Origin: a virus
Lineage: Duplodnaviria > Caudoviricetes
Direction: 5' to 3' (one strand)
Length of the DNA stretch: 64,000 nt
Virus record (IMG/VR): IMGVR_UViG_3300029288_000082
Coordinates: 97,120-161,119 of that record
Under the pieces are notes generated by a model, which made no database searches, had not been told where the DNA came from, and saw only the letters and a program-made list of their open reading frames with translations. A program made the position numbers and the translations under genes. Shown piece by piece: positions 38,130 through 47,959 of the stretch; within the stretch, counting starts at the first letter, position 1; every line of letters starts with the position of its first letter.

Positions 38130-39989
38130 TTATCGATCCCCCACCTGCACCGGCTGTCCGTCGCGGACGCGCACGGTGGTGCCTCCCATCTTCTTGATCT
38201 CGGCGTACGTGTCGCCGGTGTAGCGCCCCCGCGTGTATGGGTACTCCGTCTCCTTGCCACGGAAGCCCATCAGGCCATCGCGGCTGCCATACATGCTGCG
38301 CTGCCGCGCGATCAGCTCGTCGATCCCGTCCGGCGTGCGCCCCCGCGTGTGCACGTAGATCGCGCCCTTCGCCGGGACCTCCCCGAAGTAGCCCCGCACG
38401 AGCGACCACACGACGTACTCGATCCGGTCGCCGTCCTGCTTGTAGGTGATGTTCGGCGGCGCCGTCTGCACAGACCCGCTGACCGCCTCGCCCATGTTAT
38501 AGGCGCGCTCATCATCCTTTGCTGCTTGGAACTCGCGGGCCGCCTGTTCGGCCGCCTTGCCCGCCAAGGTGGACCGGTCGTGGGGGTAGTAGAACACGCG
38601 GTCCCCCTTCTTGAAGGGCGTCCCCTGCGCATCCTTGCCCGCGTACTTTGCCGTGATCCAGTAGGGATCGCGCCCGCGACCAGAACGGCTCCCAAACCCC
38701 TCTTCCATCTCTCCAAGGATATCGCTCATGCTGCCCAGATCACTTGGCGCGTCCTCCTGCGTAGAGAGCACATCCACCGCCCCCATGCGATCACAGGCCG
38801 GGCAGCGCACGACAGGATTCCCATCCTCGTCCATGTCCGTGTCGCGCCCGATGCGCACCTGAAAATGGTGGCCACAGTCTGGCTCCATGCAGCGCACGCG
38901 AGCGCGGAAGGCACGCTTTGCCCGCTTCTGACTCTTGTCCTCATCCAATGCTATATCGGCCGCGGCCTGGTGCTGCGCCAGCGTCAGCGCCTCGGCGTCG
39001 TCCGTGGGGTAGCGGCCCTCCCGCATGCCATACAGGGCCTGGCACTCCCAGATGGTGCGCCAGTCCTCATGGTTGAACACGTCCTCGTGCTTCTTGCGGC
39101 CCGGCATGGGCGTCGTGCCCTCGCGGCTTTTCGCCTTGGCGAAGGTCTTGGTGAGGTAGCCCCCCTGCCCCTGCTTGCCGTCCCAGCACCGGATGTCCTT
39201 GCCCGCGCCCCGCGCCTCGCGCCCACAGGGCCGCTTGGTGCCCGCGAAGTGCAGCTTGGCGCCCTTCTTGGTGGCCTTCAGGCGCCGCTGGCGGCCATCG
39301 GACCACGACCCGCCATCGCTGAGCCCCTCGCGGCTGGTGAACACGCCGCGCGTGTCGTGGTAGGGGTTGAAGTCCACGCCCCGCTCCGCGCGCGGCTCCG
39401 CGCTGCCCCGGGGGGACGGCTTCCGGGGCTTCCGCTTGGCCAGCGCTGCGGCCGGCCGCTTGGCCAGCGCCTTGGCCCGCTCGTCCAGCACCACGCCCAC
39501 GTCCTCGGCCAGCGCCTCGAACGCCTCCTCGTCCTCGGGCTCCAGCTGGTCGTAGTAGGCCAGCATGGCCATCTGGATCACGTCCGGCTTCAGGACCAGC
39601 ACCAATGGCGTGAAGTGCACGCTGTACTGGTGCGCCTGGTCGTCCATGACCAGCGCCACCTCGCCCGGCACCACCAGCCCCGTCTCCAGCACGAAGTCGT
39701 ACAGATCCTGGGCGTCCAGGGGGTTGTCGAAGGCGAACACCAACTCCGCGTCGGACTGCTTGCCCTGCCACGGGCGCAGGTCCCGGCGGTCCTGCATGCG
39801 CACCTGCGGCACGTGCTCGATGCTGCCGATCTCGCCGTCCTCCTGGATGGCCCGCTGGGCCGCCGCCCGCATGCGATCGGCCCGCACCTCAGCGGCATCG
39901 GTGAACCCCAGCAGCCGCCGCTCCTCCGGCGTCGCGATCTCCTCCAGCAGCTTGGCCCCCTCGCGCAGCTCCCCGAGATGCTCCAACAT
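38130..39989 (-). CDS. Multidomain virion-associated protein (619 aa)
   Basis: FNPYHDTRGVFTS motif, Zn ribbon (CMEPDC...CPAC), internal MSDILGEMEEG; lies between the neck genes. Confidence 0.7.
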   Translation of the reverse strand: MLEHLGELREGAKLLEEIATPEERRLLGFTDAAEVRADRMRAAAQRAIQEDGEIGSIEHVPQVRMQDRRDLRPWQGKQSDAELVFAFDNPLDAQDLYDFVLETGLVVPGEVALVMDDQAHQYSVHFTPLVLVLKPDVIQMAMLAYYDQLEPEDEEAFEALAEDVGVVLDERAKALAKRPAAALAKRKPRKPSPRGSAEPRAERGVDFNPYHDTRGVFTSREGLSDGGSWSDGRQRRLKATKKGAKLHFAGTKRPCGREARGAGKDIRCWDGKQGQGGYLTKTFAKAKSREGTTPMPGRKKHEDVFNHEDWRTIWECQALYGMREGRYPTDDAEALTLAQHQAAADIALDEDKSQKRAKRAFRARVRCMEPDCGHHFQVRIGRDTDMDEDGNPVVRCPACDRMGAVDVLSTQEDAPSDLGSMSDILGEMEEGFGSRSGRGRDPYWITAKYAGKDAQGTPFKKGDRVFYYPHDRSTLAGKAAEQAAREFQAAKDDERAYNMGEAVSGSVQTAPPNITYKQDGDRIEYVVWSLVRGYFGEVPAKGAIYVHTRGRTPDGIDELIARQRSMYGSRDGLMGFRGKETEYPYTRGRYTGDTYAEIKKMGGTTVRVRDGQPVQVGDR

Positions 39990-40001
39990 TTCGTCCCGCT
40001 C

Positions 40002-40721
40002 CTATCCCGTCAGAAACCCGACGGGCATCTGGATCTGGCGGATCTTCTCCGTCAGCTCCTGCTCCTTGGCCTCGGCATTGGCGTACATGCCGTCGCCATC
40101 CATGCCGAACGACCCGGTGGCCGACGGCTTGTCGCTGTACTTGGTGCGGATCATGGCCAGGATCTTCATGGCCTGCACCAGGGCGTACTCCCGGAACAGC
40201 CACGTCTCCGTATTGCTGAGGCGCCGCATGTCAACCTCGGTGGACAGGTAGACGACGCCCACGCGCTGGCCCCCGTCGGGGGGCGGCGCCAGGAGGAGCA
40301 GGCGCCGGGCCCGGTCCCACTCCCAGTCCAGGTCGGAGCTGACCACGCGCTTGCCCAGCTCGCGGTACTGCATCAGCTGCACGATGGTGGAGTAGCCGCC
40401 GTAGCCCGTGTAGACCCAGGTGTAGGGGTTGACCTCCACGTCGGCCCAGGAGAACAGCCGCGTCAGGTCGTCGCTCACCGGGTAGGTGACGTCCACCACG
40501 CAGTCGATGTCGCTGGCGATGTCCGCTTCCGCGATCTCGCTCGTGCCCGTGGTGGTCAGGAACACCATCTTGGGCTGGCCCACCCAGGCCCGCCAGAAAT
40601 CCTTCGCCGTCAGAATGGCCACGTCCAGCTGCTCGTCCGTCAGCTCCACGCAGATCACCCCGTCGCCCAAGCGACGCTTGATCCACACCCGCAGCTCGGT
40701 ATCGGTCAGGGCAGGCTGCAT
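40002..40721 (-). CDS. Neck / head-tail adaptor (T4 gp13-like)
   Basis: LRVWIKRRLG..VICVELTDEQLD.AI; WLFREYAL...K.IL..IR.KY; C-terminal P.GFLTG. Confidence 0.85.
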   Translation of the reverse strand: MQPALTDTELRVWIKRRLGDGVICVELTDEQLDVAILTAKDFWRAWVGQPKMVFLTTTGTSEIAEADIASDIDCVVDVTYPVSDDLTRLFSWADVEVNPYTWVYTGYGGYSTIVQLMQYRELGKRVVSSDLDWEWDRARRLLLLAPPPDGGQRVGVVYLSTEVDMRRLSNTETWLFREYALVQAMKILAMIRTKYSDKPSATGSFGMDGDGMYANAEAKEQELTEKIRQIQMPVGFLTG

Positions 40722-40982
40722 CTAGTTGCCCCACAGGCTCCGCTTGAGCGCCTTCAGCACGATGCCACACTCCCACTCGATGTCCTGCACGAGATCCTGC
40801 GCATCCTGTGCCTCCACGGGGCCACGCCCGAACGCTTCCGTCATCGCCCGGATGGCCGCCTCTACCTTGGCGAGACGCTCGCGTGGGAACGGTTCGCTGC
40901 GCCGACGATCGCGTTCCGTGCTGTCAATGGGAGGCGGCTTCTTCGCCTCCAGCAGCTCCAGCAGCTCCCGCATCGTTTCCAT
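40722..40982 (-). CDS. Hypothetical, putative internal head protein
   Basis: Leader MRELLELLEAK; GAGG RBS. Confidence 0.7.
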   Translation of the reverse strand: METMRELLELLEAKKPPPIDSTERDRRRSEPFPRERLAKVEAAIRAMTEAFGRGPVEAQDAQDLVQDIEWECGIVLKALKRSLWGN

Positions 40983-40989
40983 GCTACCT

Positions 40990-41649
40990 CTACTTCTCCG
41001 CCGCCGTCTTCTTCCAGTCCCGCGCGGGCTTGCCGGTCAGGATCTTGTAGATGGCGTTCTGGGAGCGCTGCACCAGGCTGTGCAGCTGGGCCTCGCTCAC
41101 GTTGGAGCGCCGCAGCGCGCTCATCAGCGCCTGGCCCGCCTGGGCCAGCACGTAGTTCATCTGGTCGCCGTCCAGCCGCTGCACGGTGACCACGGCCTTC
41201 TTGATGTCGTCGGGCAGCGCGTTCACGTCCACGCTGCTCGTGTCGTCGGCCACGGCCGCCTGCTCATCCGGCGTGGGCTCCTCAGCCGGCGCCTCCGCCC
41301 CCGCGTCCACGGGCTCCGCGGTGTTGCCCGCCGCCTCCGCGTCGTCCCCCTGCTCGCCCAGCGCCCGGAGCCGCGCGCGCACGCGCACGTCCGGGTGCGC
41401 GTCCACCAGCAGGTCCGGCGCCTCCTCGGGCAGCTCGGGATCCTCCGGCAGGAACAGGTAGAAGTCGCCGTGGTAGAAGTGGGAGACCGTGCCCTCCTCG
41501 CGCAGCGTCACGCCGAACGGCGTGGCCGCGCACACCTCCCCGCGCGCCACCCGCGCGCCCATGCGCGTGCACACCTCCACCACCTCGCCGATGCCCAGGG
41601 TGCCGTGGGGCACCGCTGCGTCCAGCCTCCGCTGCGCCTCCGCCAGCAT
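40990..41649 (-). CDS. Hypothetical protein
   Basis: GGAG RBS; acidic linker and helical C-terminus. Confidence 0.65.
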   Translation of the reverse strand: MLAEAQRRLDAAVPHGTLGIGEVVEVCTRMGARVARGEVCAATPFGVTLREEGTVSHFYHGDFYLFLPEDPELPEEAPDLLVDAHPDVRVRARLRALGEQGDDAEAAGNTAEPVDAGAEAPAEEPTPDEQAAVADDTSSVDVNALPDDIKKAVVTVQRLDGDQMNYVLAQAGQALMSALRRSNVSEAQLHSLVQRSQNAIYKILTGKPARDWKKTAAEK

Positions 41650-41653
41650 CTCC

Positions 41654-42088
41654 CTACCTCCGCCCGCGGCGCTTCTCCGCCTTGGGCTCCCGGGCAGCAG
41701 ACGGCGCTGGCTCCGGCTCCGGTTCCGGCTCTGGATCGGGATCCGGCTCGGGCGGCAGCACCACCGCGCGCGGCGGCGGCTCGGGTGGGGCCTCCTCCCG
41801 CACCACCTCCACCACCGCCGGCACGGGCAGGGGCTGGATCATCTGCGGCGCCGCCGGGGGCGCGGGGGGCGGCCCGGGGGGCGCCGGGGCCTCCCCCTCC
41901 TCCCGGATGCGGATCAGCACGCCCTCCGCCACCCAGTCCCCGAAGTCCAGGTCCGACTCCACGGCCACGCCCCGCTCGAACACCACCGTCTCCGCGCAAC
42001 GCAGCGGGTCCTGCCCCTCGCGCGGGATCTCCCGGATCCCGTCGATGGGCAGCCGCGTGTAGCCGCGCGCCAGCATGTACTTGGTCAT
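41654..42088 (-). CDS. Pro-rich hypothetical protein
   Basis: AAGGAG RBS; PEPDPDPEPEPEPEP tract; promoter TTGACC-17-TAGAGT at 42173-42145. Confidence 0.65.
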   Translation of the reverse strand: MTKYMLARGYTRLPIDGIREIPREGQDPLRCAETVVFERGVAVESDLDFGDWVAEGVLIRIREEGEAPAPPGPPPAPPAAPQMIQPLPVPAVVEVVREEAPPEPPPRAVVLPPEPDPDPEPEPEPEPAPSAAREPKAEKRRGRR

Positions 42089-42177
42089 TTGGGCTGCTCC
42101 TTGCAGCGGGCGCCCTCCATGGCACCCGCGATTCGACAGCCCCCACTCTACCCGGATTGCACAGATAGGTCAAAGGG

Positions 42178-42864
42178 TCAGACGAGAACGGGAGCCTCCG
42201 CGCTTGGATTCGCCTTCCAGCACGCCGCCATGATCTCCTCGCGGCGCCGCTCCTGCGCATCGATCATGGACCGGAAGGCGTCCTCCTCGCGCATGCGCCC
42301 TTCCCCGCCCGCCGCCTTGCCTACCATCCATTGGCCCATGTCGTCGAACCGCGCATTGCGCCGCAGCATCCCGCTCCCCGTCTGCCCATGCCAGAAGCGG
42401 TATGGCGCCGCGTACCGGAAAATACCCCGCCGATCATCGCGCGCGAAGTATGCTTCCTCCGGATCGTAGCTGCAATCGCCCAGCAGGAAGAACGCCCCCC
42501 ACACGAACGACACAGCCGGCCGCAGGCAGATGTCCCGCACCATCGTGTCGAAGAAGCGCGCCATGCCCCACTCGTCCAGGGCGGCCCGGGTCGTCCGCCG
42601 GATCTCGCCCAGGTACGCCTCATCCAGGGCGAACCTCAACCCGTCCATCCACGCCGTCCACGCCTCGTCCAGCGCCGGCACCCACGGCAGGTCCAAGTCC
42701 GGGTGGTACTGCCGACACCACGCCTCGTGCCGCTCGCGCAGCCGCGCGTCCCGCGCAGCCCAGTCCAGCCGGTACACCGGGCGCCCCTCCAGGCGCCCCG
42801 CCCCCGCCTCCCCGTCCCGCACCAATTCAGGAAACAATAGAGATCCGCGCATCGTCTTGAACAT
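42178..42864 (-). CDS. Hypothetical Trp-rich protein
   Basis: GGAGG RBS before MFKTMRG. Confidence 0.65.
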   Translation of the reverse strand: MFKTMRGSLLFPELVRDGEAGAGRLEGRPVYRLDWAARDARLRERHEAWCRQYHPDLDLPWVPALDEAWTAWMDGLRFALDEAYLGEIRRTTRAALDEWGMARFFDTMVRDICLRPAVSFVWGAFFLLGDCSYDPEEAYFARDDRRGIFRYAAPYRFWHGQTGSGMLRRNARFDDMGQWMVGKAAGGEGRMREEDAFRSMIDAQERRREEIMAACWKANPSAEAPVLV

Positions 42865-42956
42865 GGTGGCCTCCACCGTGGTTGTAGCTGCGGGCCCGTC
42901 CCGCAGCGATCCAGATCGTGTTAGGGGATACCACGCTACGCGCGGTTTGTCGATTT

Positions 42957-43124
42957 AAAAAGGGGCCCCCGGGGTGCTTGGCTCCGCCTCCACATTCCCG
43001 GCTGGCCCCACGCTGGATCGGCGTGCCCGCGGCGTCATGCGCTCATCGTCGAACGCGGGCCTCAAGGGCCTCTACTCCCGACAGAAGGAGTGCGATCAAC
43101 TTAGCGGGCACGCCCATCCAACGC
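42957..43124 (-). ncRNA. Candidate structured ncRNA (about 170 nt)
   Basis: Promoter TTGACA-17-TAGAAT (43158-43130); ~21-bp closing stem enclosing three hairpins; second GGGGCC/GGCCCC domain followed by TTTTT; no credible ORF. Confidence 0.6.
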
Positions 43125-43203
43125 TCATGATTCTACCGCTTCGCGGGATGTTTGTCAACAGAAAAATGCGCCCCCGCGCGTCGGCGAACACGTGTGCGCT
43201 GGG

Positions 43204-44950
43204 TCATGGCTCCTCCTCTCCCGCCGCCTTCTTAGCGTGGCACCCCCGGAAGTGGTTGCAGTTCGCGCACACGACGCTTCCCGGGAACCCGAGTGGTACG
43301 AAGTGGTCGCAGATGGGACTCTCACCCACCGAGTAGGCGCATAATGGATCGCAGACCGCGTCCTGCGCTGTGGGCCAGCCCATGGAAGAGGAGGCATTCA
43401 CCGCCTCCTGCGTCCCTGGAAGATCGGGCGCGTCCGGAACATCCTTCACCGGCGGTAAACCCAGCGCGGCGTGGTCCAAGGCCTCCATGCTCACCGGGCC
43501 GACCGCGTCCTCCAACGGGCCGCCCTTGTAACTCGCAGACTGGTGGTACAACACCAACGCGCCCGTCTCGTCCACCTCCAAGGTGATGAGGTGGTGGTAG
43601 CCGTCCGGCGCCGGGTACCGCACCGCCACGCGATTGCCGCGCCAGAATCCCTCGATCTCGATCACGTGCCCGTCCCCGCTCCAGTCGATGCGCATCTAGC
43701 CCCCCTGCTTCGCGCGCCCCGCGGCATTGCGCCGCACCTGGTCGAGCACGTCGCAAAGCGCCACGCCCCTGGCACGCCCCGCGATCCGCCACAGCGTGCC
43801 GATCCCCACGGGCGCATCCGCATCATCCGGGGACATCCTCATCCGGTCCTCCAGCGCCCGCAGGATGTCGGCGGCCGCCCGGATGCCGTTGTCCGCATAG
43901 CGGTTCGGCCACCGACTGGACGACTTCTTCACCCCCTGCATGAACGCCAGCGCCCACACCATCTGCTCCATGGCCGCGGGCAACTTGATCGCAGGATCAT
44001 CACCCTCCGAGGCTGCCGCCGGCGGCCCGGCATCCACTGGCGCCCCCTCCTCGGCCGTCGGATCCGCGGCCAGCATCGCCTCTTCCGCCTCCAGCGCGGC
44101 CACCCCCGCCCGCAGGCACGCCCGGCAGAAGTGCTCGTTCGACAGGAGCGGGAACACTATCACCGCCTCCGCCTCTTGCCCGCAGGCGTCGCAGGTGTAG
44201 CGCGGCAGGCCGCCGCCAAGTGCGGCCCCGCGTGCATCAGCAGCTCCCCCGGCACCCGCACCTCGTACCCCGCCACCGTCCCCGTCATCCGCGCGTAGTT
44301 CTCTTCCATGACCGTCCTCCTGCGTTACGCGGCTCCCGCCGCGCAGCCTCCCGTCAACCCCGCTACAGTACCACGCCCCTCCGCATTTGTCAACAGTAGA
44401 AAGGAAAAAAGCGCACACGTGTGCGCCGCCCCGATCAGCCGTCCGCGCCCACCACCTCCCCGGGGGGAGCCGCCTCCCGCCGGAACACCGCGTAGAGCTG
44501 GCCGCCATCGGCTGTGGTACCCGCGTCCTCCAGGTGGTAGTCCGCGCCCGCCTCCAGCACCCGCTCGATCTCCCAGCGCCGGAACAACCCGGGGACCCGC
44601 ATGAACTCGTCCTCGTCGTCGTCCTCCTCCTCCTCTGGATCCAGATCGGGCTCCCCTCCCTCCCCTGGCCGGGCCTGCGGCAACGGCCCCGCCCTCCCAT
44701 CCACCAACCGCAGGAGGGCGACGATCGCCGGGTGCGGCCGCACCCCCGGGGCCGCCTTCAGCTTCGCAATGATCGCCGCTAGCGTAGACTCGCCGCGCTC
44801 CTCCTGCCACCACACCTGTTCGAGCCCCGCGGCGACCTGCCGGACCGTCGCGTCGTCGGTGCCCCGCACGGCGAACACGCCGCCCAGAACCAGCACCACC
44901 TCCTCGAACAACTCCGCGCGCGCATCCCTCTTCCCGTCATCCCGTCGCAT
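43204..44950 (-). other. Accessory hypothetical genes (43204-43695, about 43696-44309, 44435-44950)
   Basis: ORFs downstream of the promoter-like sites at 44393 and 45071. Confidence 0.55.
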
Positions 44951-45203
44951 CTTCCGCTCCTCTCGTTGTGGGCCTGCTCGGCCGTTCGAAGGGGAAACGC
45001 GGGTTCGGCACGCAACCTGGGACAACAGCACCTTCTTTTTTCGCACCACACAATCCGCTCGCGTTTGTCAACAGCAAAAAACCAGCCCCCATTCGCAGCA
45101 TTGGTGCCTCCCACGGGCGCCCTCGCCAACGTTTTTGGAGCGGAGCGCACCAAGGGGGGTGCTGGGGTCGTGGGGGGGGATTGGTGCGTGGGGATGGCAC
45201 GGG

Positions 45204-45677
45204 TCACCGCAGGGTGTAGGCGGCGAAGGGGCAGCGGCGTGCGGTGTCTGGTATCAGGGTGGCTGGGACGTCCTCCAGGAACATCCATCCTTGGTCTGTG
45301 GTGGCCTGGGGGAAGTTGGCGACGCGGATGGCGTCGCACTGCTTCGAGTAGGCGACGATGAGGGCGCGGTGGTAGCCGGTTCGCTTGTGCCAGACGTCCA
45401 TGGTGAGGGGCAGGTTGGGGTGGTGCGCGAGATTTCGCAGGTCGGTCCAGTGGGTGAAGGCCGGGTGGGGGGCGCGGCGGATCTGGAGATCTCGCTCTGC
45501 GCGGACGACCTGGATGGCGGCTCCGTCGCGTGCGTGGATGAGGTCCACCAGGCGCTCGTACTCGGGGTCGCCCAGGTGGCAGTGGATGCAGCCGGTCAGG
45601 ACGTAGTAGGCGTTCAGGGCGGCGACCAGTTGGCACTCGCTGTAGAGCTGGCGGTTGATGAGGTGGCGCCACTTCAT
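45204..45677 (-). CDS. Papain-fold cysteine peptidase (C39-like), putative
   Basis: Q....C in QLYSECQLVAALNA, H in GYHRALIVAY, N in IRVAN. Confidence 0.6.
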   Translation of the reverse strand: MKWRHLINRQLYSECQLVAALNAYYVLTGCIHCHLGDPEYERLVDLIHARDGAAIQVVRAERDLQIRRAPHPAFTHWTDLRNLAHHPNLPLTMDVWHKRTGYHRALIVAYSKQCDAIRVANFPQATTDQGWMFLEDVPATLIPDTARRCPFAAYTLR

Positions 45678-45928
45678 GGGGCGCCGGCGTCCGGGGTGGC
45701 GGCGCAGGGGGGGCACGGGGGGCAGGCCTGTGCCTGGGCGCGGCGCTCGGCGCTCTCCAGGCAGCGCACGAACATGCGCTCGGCGCGGGGGGCCTCCTCG
45801 CTGGACCAGGGCACGACGCGGTCCACGGCCAGGCCGCAGGCGTAGCCTGGGTCGGTGATCTGGGGGGCGAAGTTGTCACAGGCCGCGCTGGCAAGACAAG
45901 CCAGCATGGCGATCAGCAAGGGGCGCAT
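45674..45928 (-). CDS. Putative lipoprotein
   Basis: AGGAGG RBS; MRPLLIAMLACLASAAC. Confidence 0.55.
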   Translation of the reverse strand: MRPLLIAMLACLASAACDNFAPQITDPGYACGLAVDRVVPWSSEEAPRAERMFVRCLESAERRAQAQACPPCPPCAATPDAGAP

Positions 45929-45944
45929 GCGTTCCTCCTTGGCG

Positions 45945-46187
45945 CTAGGCCCCACAGGTGGGGCACTTCTTGATGAGGGCGCTGAAGGAGATGGGGGCAT
46001 CGACAACGGGTAGCAAGGGTGCGTCCTCCCCGCAGCCCTCCCGTATCATCGGCTCGACCTGCAAGCACCCATCCGTCCTCACGCTGATGCGGATGGCGTG
46101 CTCGCCGTCGTCTCCCACGACGGTCAGCGGTTCCTCGGGTTCGAGGGCGCTCACCGTCATCTCGCCGGCGTAGTTCCACTGTGGCAT
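45945..46187 (-). CDS. Small hypothetical protein
   Basis: AAGGAGG RBS; ends in CPTCGA. Confidence 0.6.
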   Translation of the reverse strand: MPQWNYAGEMTVSALEPEEPLTVVGDDGEHAIRISVRTDGCLQVEPMIREGCGEDAPLLPVVDAPISFSALIKKCPTCGA

Positions 46188-46294
46188 GTGATCCTCCTTG
46201 GTGCGGGCGCCCCCGGGGGGCGCACACGTGTTCGCTTGGGGGGCTCCTTCCGGCCCCCACCATGGCACAAGCGGATCGCGTTTGTCAACGAGAA

Positions 46295-46945
46295 TCAGAT
46301 GTGATCAACGCCGGGGGAAAACCGAGCGTATGGAATGCCAGCGGTGGCCAGCAGCTTCAGTCCATCCTGGTCGCGGTATGCCTCGCCGTACCAGACGCGC
46401 TGCACGCCCCCCAGGTTGATCAGCCGCTTGGCGCACATCGGGCAGGGCATGTGCGTGACGAAGACGATCTTCTTCTCGTAGCGCGGCGCGTCGCAGTTGA
46501 TGACCGCGTTCTCCTCAGAATGCAGGCAACCACAGACGCCAGACTCGTCACGATCGCAGGTGTTGGGCAGGCCGCTGGCGTTGCCGTTGTAGCCCACGGC
46601 CAGCACCTTGCGGAAGTCGGTGGAGGTGATCACGGTGCCCACCTGCAGCCGCCGACAGGTCGAGCGCCGCGCGATCTCCCGGGCCAGGGCCATGTAGACC
46701 GCCTCGAAGGAGGGGCGCGCGTCGGGATCTGGCGAGCGATAGGTGCCCACGCTTACCCCCAGCGCCACCACGGTGCCCTCCCGCAGCCGGGTGCCCGCGC
46801 TGTCGTACACGGGCGCGATGCCCACCTCCATGTGCACCTCCGCGTCCCCGCGGTCGACCTCCGCCGAGATCTCGGCGCCATAGCGCGCCAGCAGGGCCTC
46901 CAGGTCGGCCCGGAATTGCACCTCGATGGGCTGTTGCACGGTCAT
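46295..46945 (-). CDS. dCMP deaminase with N-terminal extension
   Basis: RSTC.R.QVG, GYNG, HSEENAV and PCPMCAK motifs. Confidence 0.9.
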   Translation of the reverse strand: MTVQQPIEVQFRADLEALLARYGAEISAEVDRGDAEVHMEVGIAPVYDSAGTRLREGTVVALGVSVGTYRSPDPDARPSFEAVYMALAREIARRSTCRRLQVGTVITSTDFRKVLAVGYNGNASGLPNTCDRDESGVCGCLHSEENAVINCDAPRYEKKIVFVTHMPCPMCAKRLINLGGVQRVWYGEAYRDQDGLKLLATAGIPYARFSPGVDHI

Positions 46946-47294
46946 GGGGTCCACCTCCTGGGCGGCGTCGCGCCCGGCAACGAGAGCTGGTCCTGCACGG
47001 GCGCGGGGGCGCGCTCGGGCTGGGGCGCGGCCACGGGGCGGCCCCGAGGGGGCAGGGGGGCAGCAGCGGGGCCGGGGGGCGCCGCTGCCGCCACCGGGGG
47101 GGGCACCGTGGGGCGGGCCGTCGGCGGGGGCACGCTGGCCCCTGCGGGGCGCCACAGGCCCGCGGCCTCGTAGGCCATCTCCAGGAAGCTCCAGATCTGT
47201 GCCTGGGCCGGCGCGTAGCCGAACTTGGCCTGCCGCGAACGCGTGCGGCGCTCGAACTCGCCCTGGGTCGCCTGCTGGCCCGGGGTCATCGTCG

Positions 47295-47959
47295 TCATGC
47301 CGCCCCCGTGGGCAGCAGCCCCTCGGCCGCGACCAGCCGTGCGTAGGCCTCCCGGGCATGGTCGGGACCCCGCGTATCCATGCAGCGCACGATCCCTATG
47401 GAGAGGACCCCTATCTCCATGGGGCACCCTCGGCACTCCCACCCGCGACAGGGTAACGCGAACTGCTTGTGCAGGAATGGATTCCGCACCGGCTTCAGCG
47501 GGTGGGCCCGGGCCGCGATCAGCAGGGCCAGCTTGCCCCGGGCGCCGTAGGCCGAGACCAGCGCCGCCCGATCCTCGTCGCCCAGGCGCGCCAGCTTCGC
47601 CCAGGTCCAGGGCTGGGGATCATCCAGGTTCAGCGTCATCGGGGATCCTCCTCCGGCAGGTAGCCGAGCTTGGCCGTCATCGCGACGTAGACCGGAAGGG
47701 CTCGGTTTTCACAACCGAAAATATTGCGGATCATCGAATTGTGCATATACAATCGATGAGCAGACATCGGGCATCTTGCGCATGGCCAACAACACGGGAT
47801 GGCCGTAAACGGCGCTCCGTGCATCATCCAAGCCGCCATGATTGCCGCCTTCCCCCTGTAGCCGTAGTTGCTGACGAACTGCTTCAGTTTCTCATCGCGC
47901 AGCTTCGCGATCTGCTTCCAGGTCCAGGGCTTTGTGTCGGTCAGGTCGATCGTGGGCAT
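47295..47959 (-). CDS. Two tandem paralogous Cys-motif proteins (47295-47639 and 47636-47959)
   Basis: Shared N-termini L.D..PWTW...A.L.DE.....VS.YG.RGK and a shared PC..W.C..CPM motif. Confidence 0.7.

Noticed and set aside
43010-43124. tRNA gene
   Set aside because: It contains GTTCGA and three hairpins, but stem and loop sizes and the ~20-bp closing stem do not fit a tRNA cloverleaf, and there is no CCA or anticodon arm. Kept as a ncRNA candidate.
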